Source: Octopus vulgaris (Eukaryota). Taken from it: 64,000 nucleotides of DNA. Numbering within the stretch: the first letter of the stretch is position 1; every line of letters begins with the position of its first letter. The position numbers and the translations under genes were made by a program. The notes beneath the pieces were generated by a model that was not told the DNA's origin, did no database searches, and saw only the letters and a list, made by a program, of their open reading frames with translations. Positions 11,912-25,858 of this stretch are shown piece by piece. The stretch is taken from assembly GCA_951406725.2 (NCBI GenBank), contig OX597833.1:55428001-55492000 (forward strand), in the 5' to 3' direction.

Positions 11912-12381
11912 AATGCAAGGCGGAGAGCTGGCGGCAGACACGTTAGCGCCCTGGGCGAAATGCTTAGCGGTATTTCATCTGTCATTACATTCTGAGTTCA
12001 AATTCTGCCGAGGTCAACTTTGCCTTTCATCCTTTCGGTGTCGATAAATAAAGTACCAGTTTCGCACTGGGGGCGATATAATTGACTCAATCCCTTTCTC
12101 TGTCCTTGTTTGTCCCCTCTATGTTTAGCCCCTTCTGGGCAGTAAAGAAATATATATGTGCATTTTATCTTACAATGGCATTACCGTACCATTTTCCTAT
12201 ATTACTGTCCAATTAAACAAACATTACTTTTCTACCTTTACTACCTTTAACGAGCATATTACCTTGCCGTTGTATCTATATTATATTACCATGGATATAC
12301 ATGGCTGTGTGGTTAAGAAGCTTACATTGGAACTATGGGGTTTCGGGTTCAGTCCCATTGCACAGCACCTTGGGAAAGGCT

Positions 12382-12705
12382 ATCATCATCATTGTTCGAC
12401 CGTGGTCGAGACAATGGAATTTACCGTGCTACGCCAGACTTCACAGTCCATCATAGCATTATGGAGGTCCTGTTGCTGGATGCCTGTATCCCTGGAGATT
12501 ATATCAGGGTAGGAGAGTGTGCGCCCTCTGGTATTCGAGTAGATGGCTTCCAGAGGAGCAAAGTAGAAATTGCCTCGATTTCAGCTCTACAACAATGTCC
12601 AGCAAACTGGACTCTCCTACTTTTCACAAGAGATGATACAGGTGGTAGTTTCCCATATATTTGCATTTTGGTTGGATGGCGCTTCCACGAGAGATTTTGA
12701 GCTCT
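12382..12705 (-). mobile_element. RTE-like LINE 3' fragment (second family) inserted into a SINE
   Basis: RAQNLSWKRHPTKMQIYGKLPPVSSLVKSRRVQFAGHCCRA matches the RTE C-terminal ..SW..H.T...YG.LP......RR..FAGHC.R pattern; short (GAT)n tail; SINE-A-like sequence on both sides. Confidence 0.75.
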
Positions 12706-12984
12706 CATAAGGGAAAGACTAACCAGTGGCTCATGAGCAAAATTGGTGGACAGAAACTGCATTGAAGCTCATTGTACATATATGTGTCTCTGTTTGATAA
12801 CTGGTGTTGGTTTGTTTACATCCCTGTGAGTTAGTGGTTCAACAAAAGAGGCGAATAGAATAAGTAAAGTACCAGACTCAAAATATAAGTACTGGAGGTT
12901 GATTTGTTTGACCAGAACTATTCAAGGCGGTGCTCCAGTGTGGCCACAATCCAACGACTAAAACAAATAACTGATAAGACATTT

Positions 12985-14058
12985 ACTCTTTTACTTGTTT
13001 CAGTCATTTGACTGCAGCCATGCTGGAGCACCACCTTTAGTCACGCAAATCGACCCCAGGACTTATTCTTTGTAAGCCCAGTACTTATTCTATCGGCCTC
13101 TTTTGCCGAATCGCTAAGTTACGGGGACGTAAACACACTACCATCGGTTGTCAAGCGATGTTGGGGGAACAAACACAAACACACACACACAAATATATAC
13201 ACACACATACATATCATCATCATCATCATCGTTTAACATCCGTTCTCCATGCTAGCATGGGTTGGACGGTTCGACCAGGGATCTGGGAAGCCAGAAGGCT
13301 GCACCAGGCTCCAGTCTTATCTGGCAATGTTTCTACAGCTGGATGCCCTTCCTAACGCCAACCACTCCGTGAGTGTAGTACGTGCCACCTGCACAGGTGC
13401 CAGGCGAGGCTGGCAACGGCCACGGTCGGATTGGTGATTTTATGTGCCACCGGCACGGAAGCCAGTCGAGGCGGTGCTGGCATCGGCCACGAGTCGGATA
13501 GTGCTTTTTACGTACCACCAGACCAGGGATCCTGGCTGGTTCAATTCGATTTCGATTTTGATTTCGCTTGCCCCAACATGTCTTCGCAACCAAAGGGGGT
13601 TGGCATGGGTGCCTGTCGTACGGTCGGATTGGTGTATTTTACGTGCCACCGGCACGGAAGCCAGTGGAGGCGGCGCTGGCATTGGCCACGAGTCGGATAG
13701 TGCTTTTTATGTACCACCAGACCAGGGATCCTGGCTGGTTCAATTCGATTTCGATTTCGCTTGCCCCAACATGTCTTCGCAAGCAAAGGGGGTTGGCATG
13801 GGTGCCTGTCGTCGGATGAGGTTCTATATCAACTTCGCTTGCCTCAACAGGTCTTTGTGTCCAAGGGAGGAAAGGCATTCATATATATATATACATATAT
13901 ATACGACAGGCCTCTTTCAGTTTCCGTCTACCAAAGCCACTAACAAGGCTTTGGTCAGACCGAGGCTATAGTAGAAGACAGATTGCCCAAGGTGCCACGC
14001 AGTGGGACTGAACCCGGAACCATGTGGTTGGTAAGCAAGCTACTTACCACACAGCCAC
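12985..14058 (-). mobile_element. SINE family A interrupted by an RTE 3' UTR fragment (13213-13880, minus)
   Basis: SINE 3' half at 12985-13190 and 5' half at 13905-14058, separated by a (CAT)n-ended RTE tail that has an internal ~187-bp duplication. Confidence 0.8.
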
Positions 14059-14118
14059 AAACACTTCTGTTTTTTTTATTAATATGTAACTGCTTCATTA
14101 TTTTTTTCCTTTTTTCAG

Positions 14119-14288
14119 GTTAATCGAGATGACAAGACAAAAGGAGGCCTTCATTTTGCTACATACATGGCTACTGTAAGACGTTCTGGACAGTTCAACT
14201 CTCCAACATACGGCCCAATAGATTTCAACGAACAGCTGACTGAACCTCTTTTCCGTACTGTTAGTGTCAGTTGGGGCACTGTGTTTGG
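14119..14288 (+). CDS. NUGGC: NUGGC-like GTPase exon f (VNRDDKTKGGLHFATYMATVRRSGQFNSPTYGPIDFNEQLTEPLFRTVSVSWGTVFG)
   Basis: tttcAG acceptor, GTaag donor; 170 nt, phase 0/2; not in the ORF track; GLH..TY.A.VRR.G.F....G.IDFNE.L.EP......W...F is the most diagnostic NUGGC-family C-terminal motif. Confidence 0.9.
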
Positions 14289-14586
14289 GTAAGAATACTT
14301 CTCTCACATTCATTGCATTTCCTTCATCTCTGTTGTTGTCTCACTGGATTTTCTTCTCCTGCATCCTGCCACCTTGGGCAAGTATTCTCTACTATAGCCA
14401 GGAGCCGACCGAAGCCTTGTGAGTGGATTTGAAAGACAAAAACTAAAAGAAGCCCATCGTATATATATATATGTATACGTATATATATATATATATATAA
14501 TTTAAATAATTGAGGGAGATAAATTGAATGTTAATTTAATTAATATCAATTTAAAACCAGCCTAGCATACAAAAATCTGAAAAATA

Positions 14587-14641
<55 letters not shown>

Positions 14642-14881
14642 TCCTGTTACTCAAGAAACCGGGAGAAAGAGTGAGAGAAAGTTGGGGCGAAAGAGTACAA
14701 CAGGGGTCGCCGCCACCCCCTGCCGGAGCCTCATGGAGCTTTTAGGTGTTTTCACTCAGTAAACACACACAATGTCCGGTCTGGGAATTGAAACCGCGAT
14801 CCTCCAACCACGAGTCCGCTGCCCTAACCACTGGGCCATTGAATTATTATAATAATAAAATCTTTTTAACATACGTATACA

Positions 14882-15277
14882 AGCGCAGGAGTGGCTGTGT
14901 GGTAAGTAGCTTGCTTATGAACCACATAGTTTTGGATTCTGTCCCACTGCATGGCACCTTGGGCAAGTGAATTCTACTATAGCCTCGGGCTGACCAAACC
15001 CTTGTGAGTGGATTTGGTAGACGGAAACTGAAAGAAGCCCATCGTATATATGTATATGTATATATATATGTGTGTTTGTGTGTCTGTGTTTGTCACCCCA
15101 ACATCGCTTGACAACCGATGCTGGTGTGTTTACGTCCCCATAACTTAGCGGTTCGGCAAAAGAGAATAAGTACTAGGCTTACAAAGAATAAGTCCTGGGG
15201 TCGATTTGCTCGACTAAAAGGCGGTGCTCCAGCATGGCCACAGTCAAATGACTGAAACAAGTAAAAGACTAAAAGAA
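14882..15277 (+). mobile_element. SINE family A (GGCGCAGGAGTGGCTGTGTGGTAAG head, internal (TA)/(TG) linker, GTAAAAGAG tail)
   Basis: tRNA-like A/B boxes; many near-identical copies in the window. Confidence 0.85.
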
Positions 15278-15990
15278 TATATTATACACATATACATATG
15301 CTTCAGAATAATTAGTCATGAAATACTTTCTGTCTTGGCCTAAATTGACCATCAAATAGGTATGATTCACCAATTGGTATAACTCTGCCTTGGTATGAAT
15401 GTACCAATTCTTCAATAGTTAAGGATTTTCACCACGTTAGTGTAGTTAGTCTCTGTTAAAACACTCTTCAGAATTTTATTTAGGAACCTGTCATATATGT
15501 AAATGACAGTTAGAGTGTGGTGTTGGTGATTGAGCCACACACGTGAGAATTTATCTCCAGGCAAATTATGTTATTTCATTGAACTTGGTCAATGTAGCAG
15601 CTAATAGATCCAAATCCTATTTAATTGGTTGCTCCTAGGAAGAACATCCAGCTGTGAAGTGCTTGCTCTGACAAATTAATGCACATTTAAATCTTTGTTA
15701 AAACCTTCTTAATCTACATCAGCGTGGAAACCAACCAACAAAACAACACCAGTGCAAGAACATAAAAATGGCGATATGAAGAAATAAGCAATACTGTATG
15801 TATTCTTGAGAAGGAATCTTGTGGTGTAACAGTTGCTTCTCTCTTAAGCCCCATCATCTTGTTATCTTGCTCGATATCATGGCAAGTCATTGGAAAGTTA
15901 AATTACATATCGTAACCAAGGTCAGACTGGAATTGCCATTGCAGTTCCTTTGTATTCATATATTGATCAATAATTGGTGTGAAAGTTTTA

Positions 15991-16362
15991 GGCGCAGGAG
16001 TGGCTGTGTGGTAAGTGGCTTGCTAACCAACCACATGGTTCCGGGTTCAGTCCCACTGCGTGGCATCTTGGGCAAGTGTCTTCTGCTATAGCCCCGGGCC
16101 GACCAATGCCTTGTGAGTGGATTTGGTAGACGGAAACTGAAAGAAGCCTGTCATGTGTATGTGTGTGTGTTTGTCCCCCTAGCATTGCTTGACAACCGAT
16201 GCTGGTGTGTTTATGTCCCCGTCACTTAGCGGTTTGGCAAAAGAGACCGATAGAATAAGTACTGGGCTTACGAAGAATAAGTCCCAGGGTCGATTTGCTC
16301 GACTAAAGGCAGTGCTCCAGCATGGCCGCAGTCAAATGACTGAAACAAGTAAAAGAGTAAAG
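15991..16362 (+). mobile_element. SINE family A
   Basis: Full-length homolog of 14882-15277. Confidence 0.85.
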
Positions 16363-17309
16363 TGTACAGTTAAAATGAGAAGTGGGGGAGAGAAACCATA
16401 AATGCTGGGTGCCTCATAGAAACGAGATACTTTGCCCTTTTCCAAGAAACATCTCCGCCCCGTATCCCTATTTTATGGATCTTTCACTACCACAAGGAAA
16501 CAAGCACTATATTTCTACATACCTGTTCAATGTAATATATATTGTTAACTGAGTCAGTAAAAGAGCCTGTATGTGGATGCTCAACCTGCTTGAAATAACA
16601 GCTAAATTTCTCTATCATCATCATTTTTATGTTTACTTTCTTATACTTGTTTAGGGCAGACAGGATGTGTTTGAGGCAGATCTTCTGCAGTCAAATATTC
16701 TACTGTCACTAACCCTAACCTGTTTCCAAGTAAGATAATGATTTCCTCTCTCATCTGGACATGTTTTCATAGGAGATTGCAAACAAACAGCACCACTTTT
16801 ATGACAGTGAAGTTTGTTTACAATTATGCCATGTCAAGACAAAGAAAGACAGCAAGACGGCAGAACCATTTGCATGACAGGCAAAACACTTAAATGGCAG
16901 TTCATCTATCTTTACATTCTGAGTTCAAATCCCACTGAAGTTGACTTTGACTTACATCCTTTTTGAGGGTCAGTAAGTACTAGTTGAACACTGGGGGTCG
17001 TTGTAATTGACTTAAACCCTCCCAAAAAACTGCTGGCCGTCCTTGTGCCAGAATTTGAAATCAATGTCAAGACAAAGAGAAGCATGCATGTGTGTGTTTC
17101 ATCATCATCATCATTTAGCGTCCGCTTTCCATGCTAGCATGGGTTGGACGGTTCAACTGGGGTTTGTGAAGCCAGAAGGCTGTATCAGGCCCAGTCTGAT
17201 CTGGCAGTGTGTCTATGGCTGGATGCCCTTCCTAACGCCAATATATATTTATTTATATATATATATATCCCGCCGTGGGTTCGTATCCCACTTCTGACAA
17301 GTACGTTTT

Positions 17310-17688
17310 TGACCTATTGAGTCAAGTACATCAACATCAAAAAATCAAATGGAAATTGTACTTGTGATACCTGTGCCGGTGACACGTAAAAAGCACCATC
17401 CGAATGTTGCCAATGCCAGCACCACCTTGACTGGCTTCCGTGCCTGTGGCATGTAAAAAGCACCAACTGATCGTGGCCGTTGCCAGCCTCACCTGGCACC
17501 TGTGCCGGTGGCATGTAAAAAGCACCCACTACACTCATGGAGTGGTTGGCGTTAGGAAGGGCATCCAGCTGTAGAAACACTGCCAGATCAGACTGGAGCT
17601 TGGTGCAACCTTCTGGCTTCCTAGACCCCGGTCGAAATGTCCAACCCATGCTAGGATGGAAAACGGACATTAAACAATGATGATGATG
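17310..17688 (+). mobile_element. RTE 3' UTR fragment with (GAT)n tail; inverted partner at 17100-17240
   Basis: Shared 3' end and module repeats. Confidence 0.78.
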
Positions 17689-19028
17689 ATATATATATAT
17701 ATTATACATATGTATGTATATATTACATACACAAAATAGGTTTCTTTTCAATTTTAACCTACCAAATCCACTCAAGAGGCTTTGGTTGGCCTGGGGCTAT
17801 ACTTTAGTTAATATATCTGAAAGAATAAATATTTCTTGAAGAGAATTAAAACAGTAACAGCTATTGTTTCCAAATATTAAGTGGCTGTGTTTCTGCACAA
17901 TGCATAATTACTTGAGTATTTATTTCATTATTTTGTGAAATCACAAGAGATGAATCTTTTGTTTTTTTCTTTTTGTATCATTATTTATTTATTGGAAAGC
18001 AATCAATTCTTTCAGGTTTCTTAAAGGTGCATGGCAATTTCTTCATTATTATCATTTTTATTGTAAAAATTGTAAAAATATAATTTTATATATATGTACA
18101 TATACACACATAGACATAAACAAATACAAACACATATCATCATCATCATCATTTAATGTCTGTTAAATGATGATCATGTGTGTGTATGTGTGTATAATAT
18201 ACATATACTGTCTTACAAAAGAGGAAGGATACATTAAATAAAGCAGTATTAAATGCTTTTTATAAATGAGTCGGATTGCTTTTGATCATAGTTCTCTGTT
18301 CAAACAGGTTTGGCCTAGGGTTAAACGACAAATTGTATTGTTTGTAAAGGAAATTTCCGTATTGATTTTCAAGACATTTTTTCGATAATTCTTAGAAAAC
18401 AACTTTTTAATTATACATTCTGTCATAGATGTGTGGTTAAGAAGTTTTGCTTTTGGGTTCAGTTCCATTAGTTAACACTTTGAGTTTGGGCAAATGTCTT
18501 AGAATATAGCGTCAGGTGAACCACAGCCTTGTAAGTCAATTTGGTAGAAGGAAACTGAAAGAATCCTGTTCTGTATATATGTGTGTGTTTGTGTCTTCTT
18601 TCCTTGATATCTCGTGATGGTTGTAAATGAGTTTCATCATCATACAAGAGGTCGTCTTCTTTTCTAATCTTCTGTGAAAACCTGCCCTCCAGCTATGGGG
18701 CAAATATTACCTTGCTTGGTAAACAGGTAAGAAATATTGGTTTCCCATGGAGGACTGGAAGGGAACAACCCCACTTGCATGACAGTGATGCTCATTTACA
18801 ATCATCACATGATGTCAAGACAAGAATACACACTCACACACATAATATACGATGAGCTTCTTCTAGTTTCTGATCACCAAATCTACTCCCAAGTCTTTGG
18901 TTGGCCCAAGGCTTTGGAAGAAAACGTTTACCCAGGTACTATGCAGTGCAGCTGAAGCCGAAACCACCGTTAACCACACAGCCATACCTGCACCATATAT
19001 TTATATATTTTTGTTATTTATTCTTCAG

Positions 19029-19188
19029 GTTCCATTTATGGAAAGTGTTAGATAAGTGTCACCATTCCATCTTGTTACGTGTCCAACAATTCATGGCTGT
19101 ACTCTCTCAAAAGCTACAAGCTCTTGAGGTTGCCACAGATCGAGTACAGAGAGTAAATGCCCAATTGATGGCAAGCCTTCATACAAAG
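19029..19188 (+). CDS. NUGGC: NUGGC-like GTPase exon g (FHLWKVLDKCHHSILLRVQQF...MASLHTK)
   Basis: ttcttcAG acceptor, GTaaac donor; 160 nt, phase 2/0, which exactly complements the previous exon. Confidence 0.87.
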
Positions 19189-19534
19189 GTAAACCACATC
19201 ATAACATTTTATTTTATATTCTTTTTATATTCATATGTATTTATATTCATTTGTATTCTTCACTTGGGTTTCTTCAAAAGCTCTTACAATATCAATTTTT
19301 TTAATTGTATGTTTATTATAACTGTACTGTAATTTTGTCGTTATATTGTACTTACCTTGGATCTATATTATATCAATATTGTATCTATCTTATATGCATA
19401 TTTGTTCTTATGTAGTGTCTATACTGTAATTCTGCTTTCATTAAATTATGCCTGTATTGTATTTATATTGCATCTATATTATATATACTCTTATATATAT
19501 TGCATCTATATTATATATACTCTTATATATATAT

Positions 19535-19874
19535 ATGACCCAGCGTTGCCGGGTCATAGTGCTAGTGCATGCATATACAGCTGCGTGCGTGCGTGCGTAC
19601 ATACACGCGAGTACTGTCCAAATCTCCGACCAATCACATACAGCTAGCTGGCATTCAATTGGCGTATCAAGTTTCGAGCATTTTGATTGGGTTTTGGATA
19701 GAAAAGTCACTTCTATTGATTTTTTTTTATGGCTTTGCGGGGTGACTGGGGAAATGTAAATATGTGCACAACCACCCTTGGATGGTTTTGAATGACCATA
19801 GAAAGTGCAAGCCCTCTAACTGAATATAATAAAGGACACGCACACAGACATTTTGGCGTTTACATATATAGAGA
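19535..19874 (-). mobile_element. Probable non-autonomous Helitron (third family), 3' terminus degraded
   Basis: TCTCTATATATG 5' end on the minus strand; subterminal hairpin TGACCCAGCGTTGCCGGGTCA resembles the other Helitrons. Confidence 0.5.
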
Positions 19875-20944
19875 TGTTGTATCAATATCGTTTGTATTAT
19901 TTGTATAATGTGTCTGTGTTTATTGTACCAGTTTCTTGGTAGATTGTTTCTGTATTGTAACAGATTTGTATGTTATATCTATAATGTATCTATGTTGTAT
20001 CTGTATTGTATCTGTGTTGTTACTAGACTCTGTTTATATATTTGCCTATATTGTATGTTATATTTATATTGTATCTATTTCATTTATGTTATATCTTTAT
20101 TGTATATCTATATTGTAACCATATTGTTCTTATATTGTATATATTTTATTTCTATATTGGTTGATTGAAACATCTCTTATTCATAATGTCTTCACAAACC
20201 GATAAGACAGCAGTTACATAGTTGCTCAACTAGTTAGAAATAGCAGTCAAATTTCTCTCAAATCACACTTCTCCCATCTTAAAGCAAGAACACATTAGAT
20301 AACGTAGTCCTACATACCCACAAGAAGACAAACCCACATGACGGCAAAGCCAGCTTCTTAACTGCACACCATACCTGCACCTTTACAATTTCTGCCCAGA
20401 TTCATTCTCAAGACTTGGATCAGTCCAAAAACTACAATAAATGCACTCACGCAAGATGCCACCCACTCAATGGAAAAGTGAACCTGGGAGCTTGTAGTTA
20501 CAAAGAAAATTCCTTGACCACTCAGCTATCCCTACGTGCATAGCAGACACTATTTGTTATGGGTATTTTTCGGATGTTAGGATCAAATTGTTTCCTTCTT
20601 TAGACAAATTAACAGTGTAATTTGTTTTATAGTTATTAGTTTTAATATTGTAGCCTCTTTTCCTGTAGGAGAGAAAGGCATAAAAAATTAATGAAAATTT
20701 GAAGAGAGAATTTGTCATCCAATTAAAAGGAGATGTTTTGGGTCTTCTTTTCTAATCAGTTTCATCCTTTACATTTTTTTAATAAAATTATTTGTTATTC
20801 CAATTAAAGAGAAATTTATACCATATTCCACGTTCCATGAACATTAATTTGTTTTAACAAGATCATCAATTACACCAAATTCTTTGCATCAGTTTTATCA
20901 AAAAGGAAAATAATTTTTTACATAACTGTCTATCTATTATACTT

Positions 20945-21351
20945 ACTCTTTACTCTTTTTACTCTTTTACTTGTTTTAGTCATTTGACTGTGGCCATGCT
21001 GGAGCACCGCCTTTAGTCGAGCAAAGAACTTATTCTTTGTAAGCCCAGTACTTATTCTATCGGTCTCTTTTGCCGAACCGCTAAGTGATGGGGACGTAAA
21101 CACACCAGCATCGGTTGTCAAGCAATGCTAGGGGGACAAACACAGACACACAAACACACACATACATATACATATGTATACATATATACGACAGGCTTCT
21201 TTCAGATTCCGTCTACCAAATCCACTCACAAGGCATTGGTCGGCCCGGGGCTATAGCAGAAGACACTTGCCCAAGATGCCACACAGTAGGACTGAACACG
21301 GAACCATGTGGTGGGTTAGCAAGCTACTTACCACACAGCCACTCCTGCGCC
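20945..21351 (-). mobile_element. SINE family A
   Basis: Full-length reverse-complement copy. Confidence 0.85.
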
Positions 21352-22146
21352 TTAATGAAGTTTACATCACAAAAGGCAAATTAACTGCAGTATTTGCCTG
21401 GGGATAATATCCCTTATGAATGTGCTCTGTGTATAAACGCAAAGCTATATCAACCAGCTTGAAATAGAAGCTAAATCTTCAAACAGGAGTGACTCACTGA
21501 ATAACGTAGTTCTTGATAGACTATATCTGAATAGAAGACAGGATGGTCTCAGACTATGATCCAGGTCCTGTTCAGTCAGGACTGATGTGGGGTTAAACAA
21601 CAGTAACCTGTTTTTAATTCATTGAGCCTTGACCCAGCTTGGACCCCACTTTTAAGAGTTGTAGTTGTTTGTATTATTATCATTATAAGTGTAAAAAGCA
21701 CTGGTGCTGGTGCCATGGAAAAGGCACTGGTGATAGTAAAAAGCACCCAGTACACTCTCTAAAGTGGTTAGCATTAGGAAGACTGTTCAGCTGTAGAAAC
21801 CATACCAAAACAGACTATGGAACCTGATATGGGCCCTGGCCGTACCAGCTCCTGTCAAGCCATCCAACCCTTGCCAGCATGGAGGGCAGAGTTTAAGTGA
21901 TGATGATGAAGTGTTTAAATTAATTACATCTGCATCTTCTTTGTGAGACCCAGGTTTCCCTGGTTTACCCTAGAAAATTTTTATGATAAAGATTAGCTAA
22001 TGATTACAAGTATTTATTATAGGGAACCTAGAAGGCAGTAGGGGGCATATATTTTTGTATTAAAGCTAAACCCAAAATAAACATGTGGATACTAACTAAC
22101 AGTGAATAGAAAGTCAGTGATATTAATTTGGCATCTTATTTTACAG

Positions 22147-22230
22147 TTCAGGGAAATGGTATCACAACTGAAAGATCTTGTTACTGAGAAACAAAGAGAG
22201 ATATCTCGTGCAGTGGCGCCATACATCCAG
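22147..22230 (+). CDS. NUGGC: NUGGC-like GTPase exon h (FREMVSQLKDLVTEKQREISRAVAPYIQ)
   Basis: ttacAG acceptor, GTaagt donor; 84 nt, phase 0/0; QREISR...P.I motif. Confidence 0.87.
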
Positions 22231-23119
22231 GTAAGTCCTGCTACTTCTGACATCTTCAGCCTTTACTCCTTCTTTACTACATAAACTATATCATATAAAT
22301 TATAATAATATCTTGTGTAAGTACAGAACTATCCTTCATTTCTCCTTCTCCTAGTTTCCCTCCTTCATCAAGTCCCAGCAGTGCCTAGGCTAAAAATTTC
22401 TCAAGTACACAGTATTAAGGACTTATCTCTGATTCAATCTGTTTCGTTTATTTACTGCATGCTCCCGTGACTAGACTCTCTTTAGCTTAAAGAGGCTGGA
22501 TTATTTTTTACCACTTTTTCCAGACCAGCTTCTGTGCACACAACCCTATAGAAATTCATCACTAATGTGTGTATGTGAACGTTCAGAGAATGGTTTATGG
22601 ATGAATAAATATAAAACATTCCCATTATTTGATATTAGATGCTTGAATTTCTCTTTGGCATCATTTGTTTTCCTTTCCTGGTGGGGTTTTTTTGGGGTTT
22701 TTTTTAGCATTTCTTATATGAAAATAATATTGTAAATATTGTTTTAACCATCAACAGTTTTGGCATTACTTAAGGTTCTACATCGATTTTACATATTACC
22801 CTGTGAAGATGTGAAAACTTTTGTACTGCGTTATAAAAACTAATGATGATGAGGATTATAGTAATAATAATTCTGTGCAAACAACACAGTAGTTGTGTTT
22901 TTGCAAGAATAAGGTTAACTTACATTTTAGCTCTCATTCCGTCTAATGTCTAATAGGTCTGACCTCACATTTGTTCTAATGGGATTGTTATCTCCTTTGG
23001 AGTCGTTCGTTGTAACAGATCTCTTCTCATTGGATTTTTATTGACCATTCATTTCGTTTCATGTGTCCGGTCCGAATTCTCATCAACTTTTTATGGAATA
23101 AAGTCATGCAAATTACATT

Positions 23120-23121
23120 CC

Positions 23122-23165
<44 letters not shown>

Positions 23166-23560
23166 CATACAGGCACACACATTTACAATTATATATATAC
23201 ATATATAAATATATCTGTATACACACATACACATATATATGTTTATACACGTACATATATATGTGTGTGTGTATGTATATGTATGCATGCACGCAAACAT
23301 ACATACATATATAAATATATATGTATACACATATACATATATATGTATATACACATACATATATGTGTGTGTGTGTGTATGTACATATGTATGCATGCAC
23401 GCAAACATACATACATTATATATTTACACACACATATATATGCATACATTATATATATATATGATATATATAGATAGATAAATAGATATACATACATACA
23501 TGCATGCATTATATATATATATATATATACATACATTATATATATATATATTTATATATA
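23120..23560. repeat. Compound (TA)/(CA)/(TACA) microsatellite
   Basis: Alternating purine-pyrimidine low complexity; similar tracts at 24015-24220, 36590-36865, 46150-46800, 58635-58910, 59760-60235. Confidence 0.9.
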
Positions 23561-25254
23561 ATTAATCACCCACTAGGCCGCTGGTGGCAAAAGAATTCTA
23601 CGAAATTTTTTGCCACCCTATATTGATTAATTATGAATTTTCTGGTTAATTCCGTAATGGAATCGGCGGCTTATATTTGCTGCCGATAAATTTGGCGCGA
23701 GTGCGATGATTTGAAAATTTTAGGTCAGATATTGCCGAGACAGTGATAGAAGTGCCTCGTGTAAATATCTGCTCCGATCTGGCTGTTCTTTACTGACGAA
23801 TCTATCGGCCTATGGAAGACTAGCTTGATTTAATTTAATCAGGTTAGTTTACCATTAAACAATAGATGAAACGGTGCATCGTATAAGGAACTACAGGGTA
23901 AATGTTTTTTTTAATTTTCTCCTGGTTTGCGGAATTAATGTTGTTTTGCGGTTGAAGCTTTGGCTGTTATTTCTAGTGGGTGAATGGCCTATTATGGCCG
24001 TTCCTTGATTGTTGCTATATATTTATATATATATATATATATATACATACATTATATATATATTTATATATATATATATATACATACATTATTTATATAT
24101 ATATATATACATTATTTATATATATATATACACATATGCATTATTTATATATATATATATACATTATTTATATATATATATATATACACATATGCATTAT
24201 TTATATTTATATACATACATACTACATTCATACTTACAAACATAGTCTCACAATCCTATCATCAAATCTATCTTTATTCTGCTGTTATACCTACTTTAGT
24301 CTGTGTTTCTCTTTGTTTCACCTTCACTGTATCTCCATTCTCCACTATCCCTTCACTAACACTCCTCCTCTTTATATACCTATGCTAACCATCAAGGGCC
24401 AAATATCAAATTATTGTTCACCATTTGCACGTTCCACGAACCCCCTAAAGCACGGAAAAGACCCTTCGTTTATTAAACTATTTTTTTCCCCACCATTTTT
24501 CATTCCCAAATATAATTTTTCTTAACTAAAATGACTTCCTCTTTCATGACAGACATTGATAATTTAGTCTCTCTATTTGAGGAATTTATTGGAAACACAG
24601 CATACTTCCAGGATTATTTGGAATAAACTGTCCAGCCAAAACATCAAGTGTGCTTTACTGTTGATTTGCTTTGATCTAATTTAATTGGCTTAGTGGTTAG
24701 GGTGTTGGACTCACAATTGCAAGATTGAGATTTTGATTCCTGGATCAGACAATGTGTTGTGTTCTTGAGCAAAACACTTCACTTGATGTTGCACCAGTCC
24801 ACTCATCTGTTGAAATGAGTACCACTAGGGTGTTGGATTCATGACTTTAAGACTCTGGTTTCAATCCCTGGACTAGACATCTGTTGTGTTCTTGAGCAAA
24901 ACACCTCATTTCACGTTGCTCCAGTCCAATAAGCTGTAGAAATGAGTTTAGCCTGGAGAGGGATGGGTTCTGCCAGGCTTTCTCACCCTAGACACACTGC
25001 ATGGCTGCAGTGCCCCAACGACTGCCAAGGGGTTTAGGGATTTGTCAACTGTCACTGTAATTGATCCCTTCTTTTTTACTATATATACATATCACCCTGT
25101 TTATTTCTGTGTTCTTTTCTGTTGAAGAGCATAGGCTCGAAACGTAAAAGACTTTCTCAATTCCCAAGTGTTAAACTAATACATCTGCTTATTGTTTACA
25201 CGCCCATCTTTGTCTTTTCTTTTTCTGTAAATTCTCACTACATATATATATATA

Positions 25255-25858
25255 GGCTGATGTGGCCGATGACAGTACCGCCTGATTGGCACTCATGCCA
25301 GTGGAATGTTAAAAGCACATCCAAAAGTGGGGAGTTACCGGCCCACTTATGAGTACCCCTCATTCATTGGACAATGAACTTTGCTTGCAAAGACCTATTG
25401 AGGCTAGTGAAATCAAAATCAAAATCACTGACGTGGCCGATGACCGTACCACCTCATTGGCATTCATGCCAGTGGAACGTTAAAAGCACATCCAAGCATG
25501 ATTGTTGCTAGAGCCACTGACTGGCTTCCATGCCGGTGACACATGAAAAACAACATTCGAACGTGGTCATTGCCAGTGCTGCCAGACTGGCTCCCATGTA
25601 GGTAGCATATGAAAAACACCTTTTGAGCGTGGTCATTGCCAGAACCGCCTGACTGGCCCTCATGCTGATGTCACGTAAAAGCACCCACTACACTCTCAGA
25701 ATGGTTGCCGTTAGGAAGGACATCCAATTGTAGAAACTTCGCCAGATCAGATTGAGCCTGGTGCAGCCTCTGGCTCACCAGTCTTCAGTCAAACCATCCA
25801 AGCCATGCCAGTATGGAAAGCAGACGTTAAACGATGATGATGATGATGATTATGATGA
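25255..25858 (+). mobile_element. Older, diverged RTE 3' UTR fragment with ~5 module repeats
   Basis: Degenerate ATGCC.GTG..ACGT.AAAAGCAC modules and a (GAT)n tail. Confidence 0.7.

Noticed and set aside
19200-20170. Hydrophobic Y/I/L/C-rich ORFs after exon g
   Set aside because: Degenerate AT-rich low-complexity (TATTGTATC-like) intronic sequence interrupted by a Helitron-like insert
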